Shown in pieces: positions 25,577-34,858 of a stretch of 64,000 bases of DNA. Position numbers and translations under genes: made by a program. The notes beneath the pieces were generated by a model that was given only the letters and a program-made list of their open reading frames with translations, searched no databases and was not told the origin of the DNA. Where the stretch lies: the IMG/VR virus record IMGVR_UViG_3300042260_000394. The stretch is one strand, 5' to 3'. Source of the stretch: an uncultured virus (IMG/VR IMGVR_UViG_3300042260_000394). Taxonomy: Duplodnaviria > Heunggongvirae > Uroviricota > Caudoviricetes. The first letter of the stretch is position 1; the number at the start of each line of letters is the position of its first letter.

Positions 25577-25912
25577 TTAAGCAAAAAGTTGTTGTGGTAC
25601 AGAGCCAAACAACGAATACAGTGTTCTACTCGGAGTAGAAGCAACTGCCAGTTTCATATTCTTCTTGGCCGCTTGCTTTTTATAATAGTCACGTGCAATC
25701 CTATTACGAACTGCACCGCGACTGTTGTTGCAAGCAAAGCATGCCGCTACTAAGTTTGAAGCCGCCTCAATCTTTTTATTACGGGGGCTTGCCCACTTGT
25801 CAAGCAGATGTTCTAGTGTTGCATGTTGCGGTGACTTTCTATCTTGATTCATTTCACAACTGCAATAATAACACCTGTTACCTTGCTTTTGAACTAATGC
25901 TAAAAGAGTCAT
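25577..25912 (-). CDS. HNH endonuclease
   Basis: CYYC...ATLEHL...SNLVAACFACNNSRG; AAGGA SD before ATG 25912. Confidence 0.85.
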   Translation of the reverse strand: MTLLALVQKQGNRCYYCSCEMNQDRKSPQHATLEHLLDKWASPRNKKIEAASNLVAACFACNNSRGAVRNRIARDYYKKQAAKKNMKLAVASTPSRTLYSLFGSVPQQLFA

Positions 25913-25961
25913 AACGGTTCCTTGACAAGCAGGACTTATTGACATTGCCTGTTTTGGTAAC

Positions 25962-27014
25962 TTACTCGCCGCGCTTCATTACGGTAGTTTCTGCCAGGCG
26001 CTTCCACTTGTCATTGCCTGCACCGCACATCTTCTTCAAGTCTGCAATCTTAATAACAGTACGCAGGCTCAGTTCACGCAAACGGTCCTTGTTAGCATCC
26101 ACGTACTCGTACAGTTCTTGCTTGGCGCCTTCTTCGAACTCGTAGTGGTCCAGCATACCGTCCATCATAATTTGCTTGATACGCAACATCTTGTCACGAG
26201 TAGTGTCCAGTGTCAAGTCCAGGTAGTGACAACGGCTTTCCAATGCACCCAAGTGATCCTTGAGCTTTGCAGAACGCACGTTCTCAAACTTGATGTTGGT
26301 GATAAAGATTGCACTGCCTTTAAACTCAAAGCGATCCGGCACACCTTCTTGACGCAACATACGGCTATCTGTGTTCCAGCAAATTGTACGCTTCTTAGAA
26401 CTGTCCAATGCGGCTTTCAGAATGTTTAGCGACAGTTCGTCAAGCAACACACTGTCACAGTCGTCAAACACCAGCACGTTACCTGCATCGCTATAATTGT
26501 AGAGCTTGCAGTACAGTCCAATGGCGCTCATTGCACCTTTAACAATCTCGTAACGAATACGAGTGCCACCAATTTTGTCAAACATGGCGCTCTTGTCAAG
26601 CACCTTCTCAACACCAAAGCTCTTACCCACGCCAGGAGGGCCAACAACAATCATAGCACGAACTGAGCCATCTACTGCGCCTTCTGTCATTTCTTCCAAA
26701 ATGTCAAAACGCTCACGGATGCGTTCAATTGCTTGCTCGTCTGTTTCTTGCACTTTGGGTTCCTTGCGTTTGGGAGTATCAAAGTTACCTTCAACACTGG
26801 TTGCACAATCTGCGGCAGTAGCAGGAATAACATCTTGCATAGATGCTACTTTAATACGGACTTCATCAGGCATGTTGGGGAACTCGCCGTTATTTTTAAC
26901 GGTCACGTATCCGCCTTTGGTGCCTTCTTTGAAGTCTGCTACGAGTTGGAAAGTACGGCCTGTAACGTCAAAGTTACGATAAGAGCCTTTTGCGATAGTA
27001 ATGTATGCTGACAT
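25962..27014 (-). CDS. P-loop (AAA-like) ATPase
   Basis: GPPGVGKS, LVFDDCD, FITN, ALESR. Confidence 0.85.
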   Translation of the reverse strand: MSAYITIAKGSYRNFDVTGRTFQLVADFKEGTKGGYVTVKNNGEFPNMPDEVRIKVASMQDVIPATAADCATSVEGNFDTPKRKEPKVQETDEQAIERIRERFDILEEMTEGAVDGSVRAMIVVGPPGVGKSFGVEKVLDKSAMFDKIGGTRIRYEIVKGAMSAIGLYCKLYNYSDAGNVLVFDDCDSVLLDELSLNILKAALDSSKKRTICWNTDSRMLRQEGVPDRFEFKGSAIFITNIKFENVRSAKLKDHLGALESRCHYLDLTLDTTRDKMLRIKQIMMDGMLDHYEFEEGAKQELYEYVDANKDRLRELSLRTVIKIADLKKMCGAGNDKWKRLAETTVMKRGE

Positions 27015-27056
27015 TTGGGTTCCTTTGCGTGGATGTTTAACTTACTACAATATCTA

Positions 27057-27227
27057 TTATACTGTCAGTTGGCTCAAAGAGCAACCGTTTTTTGCACTTT
27101 TTTCTTGGGTTTCCAGCACTTGTTGCGTAAAAACAACACCGCCCAAGCCCAGTTGGTACGTTTCTGCGACAGCTTTGATGTAAAATTGCATGATTTTACC
27201 AGTTTTTGTAATCAATGTGTACTGCAT
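27057..27227 (-). CDS. Small early hypothetical protein
   Basis: AAGGA SD before ATG 27227, sigma70 promoter upstream. Confidence 0.6.
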   Translation of the reverse strand: MQYTLITKTGKIMQFYIKAVAETYQLGLGGVVFTQQVLETQEKSAKNGCSLSQLTV

Positions 27228-27254
27228 GATGTCCTTTTTGCTGTCTATGCATGT

Positions 27255-27283
27255 ATTATACAACGATCTGGACCAGACGTCAA
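27255..27283 (-). promoter_or_regulatory. Sigma70-type early promoter
   Basis: TTGACG-17 nt-TATAAT with TG extended -10. Confidence 0.8.
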
Positions 27284-27292
27284 CCACTTTTT

Positions 27293-27336
27293 GGGAATAC
27301 CAAAGTAAATTTTAGGGGAATACCAAAGTAAATTTT
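27293..27336. repeat. Tandem 21-bp direct repeat GGGAATACCAAAGTAAATTTT (23-bp period)
   Basis: Identical copies at 27293-27313 and 27316-27336. Confidence 0.9.
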
Positions 27337-27353
27337 TGTTGTTTTTAAGCCAC

Positions 27354-27383
27354 AAAAAAAGGTAATACGAAAGTACTACCTTT
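27354..27383 (-). terminator. Rho-independent terminator after uvsY
   Basis: GGTAGTAC-TTTC-GTATTACC + T7. Confidence 0.8.
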
Positions 27384-27405
27384 GATTGCTTATTTTTTAA
27401 GCAGA

Positions 27406-27867
27406 TTAGCGAAGTTCTGCGTCTTCCATGCCAGCTACCCGCAATTTTACGACATTAGAAAGTTGCCATTGCTTGATGTCAAGTGCTTTAGTAAGACCTA
27501 AAAACTTATTACGAACAAGTGCAAACTCATTCACGATAGCATCCATGTCACATACTTCTGGTTCACCGTCTACATATTTTTCTGCGTCGCGACTTGTTAA
27601 GGCACGATTGTAATGTTCTGTAAATTGACGGAACTTGGCACTGCGAATCTTGCGAAGTTGGATATTAAGTTGTTCCAGTATAGCTTCAATTTCTTGTAGC
27701 TGATTGAATCTGTATTCTACAATGCCTGGCATTTCGCGGCTGGCTTTTTCTAAACTACCAACTAGCTTTAATTCCATGCGGCCTTGAACGAGTTCGTTTT
27801 CAAACCACTCAATGCAATCAGGAAGGCAACTGAGGTCTGCAACAACCTTCCTATACCAAGTACTCAT
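27406..27867 (-). CDS. uvsY: Recombination mediator UvsY-like
   Basis: Helical 153 aa with DAEKYVDGEPE...KALDIKQWQLSNVVKLR; near uvsX/gp32. Confidence 0.75.
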   Translation of the reverse strand: MSTWYRKVVADLSCLPDCIEWFENELVQGRMELKLVGSLEKASREMPGIVEYRFNQLQEIEAILEQLNIQLRKIRSAKFRQFTEHYNRALTSRDAEKYVDGEPEVCDMDAIVNEFALVRNKFLGLTKALDIKQWQLSNVVKLRVAGMEDAELR

Positions 27868-28106
27868 TAATAGTCCTCGTCTTCGTTTTCTAGTTCTTCT
27901 TCTTCAATGTCACCAAGGATTTCTGCAAACGCACCGTCAAGTGCAGAGTCAGATCCTTTAGCATCTTCTTGTGCTTGTTCTAAGTTGACAAAGTCTTCTG
28001 ATGCTCGCAAATATGCCAGTGCGGCATCTGGGCGTTCTTTCTTGTCAATGTATGGTTTAACTGCTAACCACATCTCGACTAGCATTTCTCCCGATGTATC
28101 ACTCAT
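27867..28106 (-). CDS. Small acidic hypothetical protein
   Basis: GGAG SD before MSDTSG; TAATG coupling to uvsY. Confidence 0.7.
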   Translation of the reverse strand: MSDTSGEMLVEMWLAVKPYIDKKERPDAALAYLRASEDFVNLEQAQEDAKGSDSALDGAFAEILGDIEEEELENEDEDY

Positions 28107-28148
28107 TGTATTTTTCTCCATATATCCACCTTAGGTGGTCAGCGATAC

Positions 28149-28616
28149 TTAGCTGACTTTTGTTTGTTGTGTTGCCATTTTAGACAAATACTCTTCGCTT
28201 TCAATCCACTTGTTGTTGACAAGGAATCCCCACTTGCGTATTTGTTTGCCTGGCATGAATAATGTCCAAGGCGTTACGCCAGGAGCAAGCTCAATACGAT
28301 GATAGCTGTTAGCGCCACATATACGAAAATGGCCGGGTCCTCTCCATTTACGTACTTCACACGATTTACTACCATCTGCGTTAAATTGTGGAATCCATTC
28401 ATAGTAGCCGCCTTTAAGGATTAAAGTAGCGTAAGGCCATGGATGATCATGCACGTCATCGGGATCTGATTTAAGGAACTTGTGTAAAAACACATTAAAT
28501 GGAAACCTTGTTCTGTCTTTAAGGAAAACATAATATCTTTCTAGTAGTGGTTCATCTGCACGACGATCCATGATCACACGGTGTCGTCCTAATCGTTGCA
28601 TAAGTTTTTTAATCAT
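28149..28616 (-). CDS. Cupin-fold protein
   Basis: LHKFLKSD...HDHPW...LKGGYYE...YHRIEL...WTLF. Confidence 0.75.
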   Translation of the reverse strand: MIKKLMQRLGRHRVIMDRRADEPLLERYYVFLKDRTRFPFNVFLHKFLKSDPDDVHDHPWPYATLILKGGYYEWIPQFNADGSKSCEVRKWRGPGHFRICGANSYHRIELAPGVTPWTLFMPGKQIRKWGFLVNNKWIESEEYLSKMATQQTKVS

Positions 28617-29443
28617 TAAAATCCCCATTGTTGACTCTTGGCCATAGTCAAAGGAAATTCTGTGTACCTTAATGGTTGCGGAGCTGTTTTAATTTTATGA
28701 TCCCATGCCAACGTCCATTCTTCAACTTCTGGTCTAACAGTTGTTAGCCACGGGATACCAAGTTTGCATATTTCTTGCTTTACATAACGTAACATACAAA
28801 CCGGGTGATGATGAGTATCAGTATATACTTCTTTTGGGTTGGAAGCAGACCAAGCCACTTGCAAAGTAACCGGAGGCGGATAACCTAATACCTCTAAGAT
28901 TGGCTTACAGTCAAATCTTGGATTAAATGTATCAATTGCTTTATTGACTCTATCTCTTACATTGCTCAGTAGAGGATCATCTTTTGTATCACCGGCAAAT
29001 GGGTCGTTGCCAGAATAATATGGCTCTATCCAATGCATGTTGAAATTTGTTTGCGTGATACCTAAGTTTTTAAGTGCCAATTGTGTTGCATTGATTAATG
29101 CACAGTCTCTGAGAGTATAAAACTCAACGTCTGCATATTTTTCAACCCAATCTTGCGAATATGATTGTTGATTAAAAATATTACCCGGGAGTATCCAACG
29201 GCCATCAACTAATCTATCCTCTCTTGCAAACGTAGACCAGGAGATGAATGCATGGTCTCCTGTTTTTAGTAAGCCACTGGCTATTGCATGCTGTATCTGG
29301 ATTGCAATAAACAAATTGCCCGAACCCGGCATACCCCAATTGTCAGTTTCAAATCCTTCTAGCTCGGCCTGTTCAAGTACAATGTCTGCCCAAGTAGGCC
29401 AATGATACTTGGTAAAGCTACAGCCAAATGTCATTATTTTCAT
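28616..29443 (-). CDS. SGNH-hydrolase-like protein
   Basis: FGCSFT block I, NWGMPGSGN block II, C-terminal DTHHHP. Confidence 0.6.
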   Translation of the reverse strand: MKIMTFGCSFTKYHWPTWADIVLEQAELEGFETDNWGMPGSGNLFIAIQIQHAIASGLLKTGDHAFISWSTFAREDRLVDGRWILPGNIFNQQSYSQDWVEKYADVEFYTLRDCALINATQLALKNLGITQTNFNMHWIEPYYSGNDPFAGDTKDDPLLSNVRDRVNKAIDTFNPRFDCKPILEVLGYPPPVTLQVAWSASNPKEVYTDTHHHPVCMLRYVKQEICKLGIPWLTTVRPEVEEWTLAWDHKIKTAPQPLRYTEFPLTMAKSQQWGF

Positions 29444-29444
29444 A

Positions 29445-29660
29445 TTATTTTTCTTCAGCAAATGCGTTTAGGATGAGGTATACGCCATCATTACTTCGTT
29501 GTATGCTAACGTCTTTGCTAAAGCCAGCGTAGTGGAATACGCCTTGTTCAACTTTACGAAAGCAGTCGATCATGATTTCTGGATCACCCATGACATCAGC
29601 ATGGATCATTTCCGCTTCATACAACACTTGCAGTTGTTCGATTAGATCTTTAATAAGCAT
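29445..29660 (-). CDS. Hypothetical protein
   Basis: ORF preceded by TATAAT. Confidence 0.65.
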   Translation of the reverse strand: MLIKDLIEQLQVLYEAEMIHADVMGDPEIMIDCFRKVEQGVFHYAGFSKDVSIQRSNDGVYLILNAFAEEK

Positions 29661-29684
29661 AACACATTATAGCAGGATTTACTG

Positions 29685-30116
29685 TCAAGGCCAATGGGGA
29701 GTTTCGCCAAGTAAGACTCGAATGGATTGAAACTCTTTCCACGCATCTCGATACATTGGGTTTTCGTGTAGCAATTCTAGATGACGTTCTTTGTTGTCAA
29801 TAAAGAATTGTGTTACATCGCTTGGGCCGCCTGTGTATCCGCTTGAGGTTCGAGCTGTATATTTGCGATTGGCAAAATCTATTGCATGGTGTATGTCAGC
29901 TTCCATACGTTCCAATCTTTCAATTGTACGCTCGTCAAGCTCAACCTGATAAACTTGCTCTTCTCTTGCAACATAACGTTCAGACCAGTCGATCCGGCCG
30001 TCTTCTCGATCGCTGGACCAATTCATATAACCAGGATCTTCCCAACGGCGCAAGGTGTGCCGACCTGTGATCTTTACACCTTGCCGTCTCAACCATTTTT
30101 CATGGTCAAGTGCCAT
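29685..30116 (-). CDS. Hypothetical protein
   Basis: Directly follows the uvsX stop. Confidence 0.7.
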   Translation of the reverse strand: MALDHEKWLRRQGVKITGRHTLRRWEDPGYMNWSSDREDGRIDWSERYVAREEQVYQVELDERTIERLERMEADIHHAIDFANRKYTARTSSGYTGGPSDVTQFFIDNKERHLELLHENPMYRDAWKEFQSIRVLLGETPHWP

Positions 30117-31190
30117 TTATTCCTCGACTACTTCAGGAGCTTCTGCAGGAACACTCTTGTCAAAGATGTGTGGGTTAGCAGTAATGTCAGCCATTACACG
30201 ATCCAAACATCCATCATCGTTGCGTTCCCAACCTTTGCGGAACTTCTTGATAATCTCACCATCAGCTGTTGTGTAAAGCAAGCTATTGCCTTCCTTCTTC
30301 AACATACCTTTGCCTTCGATCAAGTCAGTCAAACCGCTGTATGGGTTCATACCTGTTTCATAAGGAATCTTAACTTGCACACTTTCAAAAGGTTTGGCAT
30401 AACGTGTTTTCATGATTTTACATGCGGCACGAATACCTTTAACTTCTGAAACTTTGTTACCGTCTTCGTCTTCCTTCAACTTCAACTTACGCATAGCAAC
30501 TACAATAGAAGATGCATAGATAAAGCCTTGACCACCGGAGATCTTGTCATCTGGATCAAACATGTCCTGGCTTGCGTATGTGTGGTTAGTTGCCACTAGA
30601 CCCAAGTTCAAGTCACCAAACATGTTTACACAGTTACGAACAAGTGCTGTTAGTGCCTTAGGCTTACGACCCATGTCACCTTTCATGTCACCTGCGTTAA
30701 ACTGGTTAACGTCTGTTGGAGTCAACAGCATACCTAAAGAGTCAAGTACAAACAAGACCTTTGGACGGCTGTCTTCTGGCATGGCTTTGTATTGTGTAAC
30801 GAATTCGCTAATCATCTTGGCAACGTCGTCAATCATGGCCATGTTGAGTTTTAGCAACTTGTCTTCGGCGGTATCAACGCCTAAGGCGTGCAACCACTTT
30901 TCATCCAATGCGTTTTCTGTGTCGATTAGAATTGGAAAGATGCCTTGCTTTTGTGCATTAGCAACCAAGTTGCCAGAACAAATAAAGGACTTACCAGCAC
31001 CAGATTCGCCAGCGAACACAGTAACCTTGCCCATTGGAATACCACGAGTAAAGTCGCCACTGATCAAATAGTTTAGTGCATAGTTGTTAGTAGAGACCCA
31101 ATCAGTTGGGTCGTTAAAGCCTACAGATAGGCCTTCAATTGATTTCGTAATACTTTTACGAAACTTTGATACGTCAAATGCTTTTGCCAT
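30117..31190 (-). CDS. uvsX: RecA-like recombinase UvsX
   Basis: GESGAGKS, IDTENA, VLDSLG, TNHTY, ISGGQG. Confidence 0.93.
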   Translation of the reverse strand: MAKAFDVSKFRKSITKSIEGLSVGFNDPTDWVSTNNYALNYLISGDFTRGIPMGKVTVFAGESGAGKSFICSGNLVANAQKQGIFPILIDTENALDEKWLHALGVDTAEDKLLKLNMAMIDDVAKMISEFVTQYKAMPEDSRPKVLFVLDSLGMLLTPTDVNQFNAGDMKGDMGRKPKALTALVRNCVNMFGDLNLGLVATNHTYASQDMFDPDDKISGGQGFIYASSIVVAMRKLKLKEDEDGNKVSEVKGIRAACKIMKTRYAKPFESVQVKIPYETGMNPYSGLTDLIEGKGMLKKEGNSLLYTTADGEIIKKFRKGWERNDDGCLDRVMADITANPHIFDKSVPAEAPEVVEE

Positions 31191-31241
31191 TATATTCCTT
31201 GTAGATGAAGTGGGAGAGCATCATGCTCTCCCGTGTGTCAA

Positions 31242-32270
31242 TTAGGCTTGACGGCTACGAATCATCTTAAGGATGTCGTCAACACTTGGCTTTGCGCCAG
31301 CTTCGGCTGCTGGTGCTGCCGCTTGTGCAACTGGTGCTGGTGCTGCCGCTTGTGCAACTGGTGCAACTGGTGCTGGTGCTGCCGCTTGTGCAACTGGTGC
31401 AACTGGTGCCGGACGAGCCGCAGGAGCTGCCTTAGGTGCTGGAGTATCCTCATCTGCCTCACCAGCTGGTGCGTTGGCAATCTGCACGCCACTTGGACGA
31501 TAGAACTTGCCCCACTGCTCTGGGTCGTACAACTTGCCTTCAACTGACGCTTCGAACATTTCAAAGATTGCTCTTTGTTCGTCGATGCCGGGACGCTTTG
31601 GCATAAAGTCGTTCAAGTTGAACAAGCCGTGTGTAGCAATTGCTTGCAGTTCTTCTTCGTTCAAGCCACGCTCTTTACGAGCCCAACCAGAAGTAGAGTA
31701 GTCAGCATAACCACCTTTTTGTGTCTTGTTAAGACGGAAGTCTGTACCTGCTTGGTAGTCAGTTGGAATATTTTCCATGTCTGGATCCATCAACGCTTGC
31801 TTGATAAGCGTAAAGATTTGTGGACTGATCACAAAGCGACGGATTGGATTTTCTGGAACGCTGTCTTCTTCCATTGGGCTGTTTACAACAAAGCCTTGGA
31901 AAACGTAAGAACGCTTCTTCCAGTATGTGCGGCCAAGTGCTTCCATGTTAGGATCTTTGAACCATGGGCGGATAGTAGCATGTACTGGACATGTTTCGCC
32001 CCACATTTCAACGCAAGGTACTTGTACAAATACTTTTTTGTTTTCGTCTTGACCAGCGACACCAGCGAATGGGATCTTGATCATCTGACGTTCACGCCAA
32101 AAGAATGTGTTTGTTTCGTCTGCGTCTGGGAGGAATCGAAGTGAGGCCGAAGTGCCTTCGGGGATGTTCCAGTGTGCGTAAATGGAATTGTCTCCACCAC
32201 CTTGTTTAGTACCACTAGATTTTTGTGCTTGCTCTGCTAGTCGAGCGCGGATTTCTGCTAATGTTGCCAT
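31242..32270 (-). CDS. Single-stranded DNA-binding protein (gp32-like)
   Basis: LRFLPD, C...GETCPV, WKKRSY, GTDFRL...KGGYADYSTS; Ala/Pro linker. Confidence 0.9.
   Translation of the reverse strand: MATLAEIRARLAEQAQKSSGTKQGGGDNSIYAHWNIPEGTSASLRFLPDADETNTFFWRERQMIKIPFAGVAGQDENKKVFVQVPCVEMWGETCPVHATIRPWFKDPNMEALGRTYWKKRSYVFQGFVVNSPMEEDSVPENPIRRFVISPQIFTLIKQALMDPDMENIPTDYQAGTDFRLNKTQKGGYADYSTSGWARKERGLNEEELQAIATHGLFNLNDFMPKRPGIDEQRAIFEMFEASVEGKLYDPEQWGKFYRPSGVQIANAPAGEADEDTPAPKAAPAARPAPVAPVAQAAAPAPVAPVAQAAAPAPVAQAAAPAAEAGAKPSVDDILKMIRSRQA
31308..31409. repeat. Tandem coding repeat (APVAQAAAP) in the SSB linker
   Basis: Three copies of tggtgctgccgcttgtgcaactggtgc. Confidence 0.85.
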
Positions 32271-32415
32271 AATGTTTTACCTTTAATGAGTTAAGTTTGA
32301 GTGTTAAGCCCTATAGCGGACTAAAACAACACATGCGTTTTCTTTGTGCATGTGTTGTAGTATACTTATGATCTAGAATTAAAGCAAGAGGCTTTTTCGC
32401 CTTATTTCGGACAAA

Positions 32416-33282
32416 TTAGCCGAAAAGGCGATTTAAGGAAGATTCAAGGTCGGCAACTGCTTCAGACACCATATCATTAGGTTGTAGTGGTGCTGAACCT
32501 GGCTCGTTGGCTGGTAGTTGGTATTCGGTAATGCCACTTAGGTCGCCTGTACGTGCGGCACGTTCCATCATGCGCTTCAACATGATCACTTCGCTTTTGC
32601 CACGGCTGCGAATGTTGTTTACTTGATCTGTTTCTTCTAGACGCTTGCTCCAGCGTAGTAGTTCCATAATGTCCTTACGACGACGAGAGATTTCAACAAT
32701 CTTAGTGCCAAGTTCGTCCCAAGGTTTGCCGCCAGACTCAACGTGTAAAGCCATAACACGAGCACCTAACAAGTGGTTGTATGGGAAACGGAAACGCTCG
32801 CCATCTTTTTCCACAAATAGAGCTTGAATGTTTCGGCTACGTGCGCCTGGCTTTTCCTCAGTTACTGACTTGGTGTGAGCCAAACGAATCTGTGTGCTAC
32901 CTAATGGATGGTAGCTGATCTTTAAACTGTTACGACCTTCTGTAACTGTTTCTGTGCGGTGAGCCATTTTCTTTGGTTCAATGTCGCCTTCGTAACTACG
33001 GATAGTTGTGCCGTACAAGTAACGTCTGGCAACTGCTTGGATGCGCGGTTTGAATTCAGTTTTGAACCACTCTACGTCAGTGGTACTTGGATCATACCAT
33101 ACTTCAACGTCAGTGTTGTCGTAGTTGACCATAACCATAATGTTTTGGTCTGGCACATATTGATAAACTGCTTGCTCTTGGTCAAGAGTGCCTTTACCAT
33201 CTGTATCTTTAAATGTAGAATTGTGGCTTACCCCTGCTACTGTAGCGGCTAGTTCTTTGGTTAGTTGTTCTCTTGTAGGCAT
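32416..33282 (-). CDS. Hypothetical protein, probably head-associated
   Basis: TAAATA at 33288-33293; VTEG/VSEA sites. Confidence 0.7.
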   Translation of the reverse strand: MPTREQLTKELAATVAGVSHNSTFKDTDGKGTLDQEQAVYQYVPDQNIMVMVNYDNTDVEVWYDPSTTDVEWFKTEFKPRIQAVARRYLYGTTIRSYEGDIEPKKMAHRTETVTEGRNSLKISYHPLGSTQIRLAHTKSVTEEKPGARSRNIQALFVEKDGERFRFPYNHLLGARVMALHVESGGKPWDELGTKIVEISRRRKDIMELLRWSKRLEETDQVNNIRSRGKSEVIMLKRMMERAARTGDLSGITEYQLPANEPGSAPLQPNDMVSEAVADLESSLNRLFG

Positions 33283-33294
33283 AGTCTTATTTAG

Positions 33295-34845
33295 TTATAG
33301 GAAGCCAATTGGCATTGGTCTTAATACTTCATCTGTACCTGCATTTACAAGCCTGTCATACGTGCCAGTATCCCAGGTCATAACAACTTCTGTCATACGT
33401 AGCACTAAAATAGTTGCCATAACTAGGTCGTCTGTTTCGCCTTCTTTGGCTGCAAAACTTGCACCACGGGCAATAAAGTTCTTTAGCTCACGTAGCAAGT
33501 TATGACTGTAAATTGTCATCTTGTCGCTTTCGACATAGTTCTTTAAACGCATGCAAGCTGTAATTTTAGTCTTGTGTGTAGTGTTAAAGCCTCTGCGTCC
33601 GCGACTTTGGCCGGCACGACGAATTTCCTGTACAAATGTACCCGGGATGTGTTCTTCCCCAAATTCTCGAATACTAATTAAGGCTGCTTCGCCAATGGTG
33701 TTGTTTTCAACTGACCAGTATAGTTCCACGTTGCCTTTGGTCTCATCTTGCATCCACTTTAGAATAGAAACAAGTGTGCGAAGCTGTCCTTGGATATCAG
33801 TTTTGTTATGTTGCCATTCGGCTACTTGTTCTAGCTCCGGTAGCTTAAACACTTGAATAGCCGCAGGGTCTCCGCCTGTGCCTAAACTTGGATCCCATCC
33901 AATAACGTATGCGCTTTGCTGTTGTGGATACTTGTAAATACGGACTTGGCCCATTTTGCCATTTGGATCTTTGCTTTCCATTGTAATCAACTTCATCGAG
34001 TTGACTAGCGTTTCGTCAGCAATAACGAATTCACATTCGTGTTCGCGTAGGAATCGTTCTTCGCCGATCTTTACACGTTCTGTTGCGGCCCATGCTTCAT
34101 CACGATCTGGGTGGGCGCTCCAGATAAACTTAATACTTGCGAAACCGTTGCGGCCTAGCTTTTGCGGATTACCATACTCATCAATGTTCTTGGTAGCATC
34201 TTTCCAAATACGAGCAAACTGGTCATCGTCTTGGTTAGGCGTAGAAGTGATAATACACTTACCACCAGTTGACAATGTAGGAGAGATAGAAGTCCAGAAC
34301 TCGCTAGCAATACGCGGCTTGACGAATGCAAACTCGTCACAATAAATTAGGGACAATGACATACCACGAGCAGTTGTTTCTGTTGTGGTAGTTGAGATAA
34401 TACGGCTACCGTTGTCAAAGTCAATGCTACCTTTGTTATAACTTGTAGCGCCAGCTTTTAAAAATTCAGGAAGTGTTTCGTATGTGTAACGAACACGTTG
34501 CATAATTTCTTGTGCGCCAGCAAACTTGTGTGCGGCAATAAGAATAGTTTGATCTGCCATGAACATAGCACGCCATACCAAGTATGCGGCTGCACATGCA
34601 GTCTTGCCCATTTGACGACCCAGCATGTTAATACTATAGCGATTCTCATGGTAACACATAATGAGTTCGCGCTGATAATCAAACAGTTTAAATTTTACTT
34701 TACCTTTAGTAGGGTGCTGTACCCAACAATAGTTGTCAATGAAGTATACTGGATCAGTAGCACAGATGGCAAGTTCACGGACATGTTCGTCCGTGAACTT
34801 CTCTACTTTGAAAGGTGTCTTTACAAAAGTATTTTCGGTTGGCAC
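33295..34845 (-). CDS. terL: Terminase large subunit (gp17-like)
   Basis: LFDYQ, GRQMGKT, YCDEFAF, ITSTP, GWDPS, VENN, DDLVMA; GTG start after AGGAGG. Confidence 0.95.
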   Translation of the reverse strand: MPTENTFVKTPFKVEKFTDEHVRELAICATDPVYFIDNYCWVQHPTKGKVKFKLFDYQRELIMCYHENRYSINMLGRQMGKTACAAAYLVWRAMFMADQTILIAAHKFAGAQEIMQRVRYTYETLPEFLKAGATSYNKGSIDFDNGSRIISTTTTETTARGMSLSLIYCDEFAFVKPRIASEFWTSISPTLSTGGKCIITSTPNQDDDQFARIWKDATKNIDEYGNPQKLGRNGFASIKFIWSAHPDRDEAWAATERVKIGEERFLREHECEFVIADETLVNSMKLITMESKDPNGKMGQVRIYKYPQQQSAYVIGWDPSLGTGGDPAAIQVFKLPELEQVAEWQHNKTDIQGQLRTLVSILKWMQDETKGNVELYWSVENNTIGEAALISIREFGEEHIPGTFVQEIRRAGQSRGRRGFNTTHKTKITACMRLKNYVESDKMTIYSHNLLRELKNFIARGASFAAKEGETDDLVMATILVLRMTEVVMTWDTGTYDRLVNAGTDEVLRPMPIGFL

Positions 34846-34858
34846 AAGGGCCTCCTAA

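Noticed and set aside
27293..27336. CRISPR mini-array
   Set aside because: Only two repeats separated by 2 nt, with no spacers and no cas genes.
5941..34845. Inteins or introns in nrdA, helicase, uvsW, uvsX or terminase
   Set aside because: All have normal lengths and contiguous motifs.
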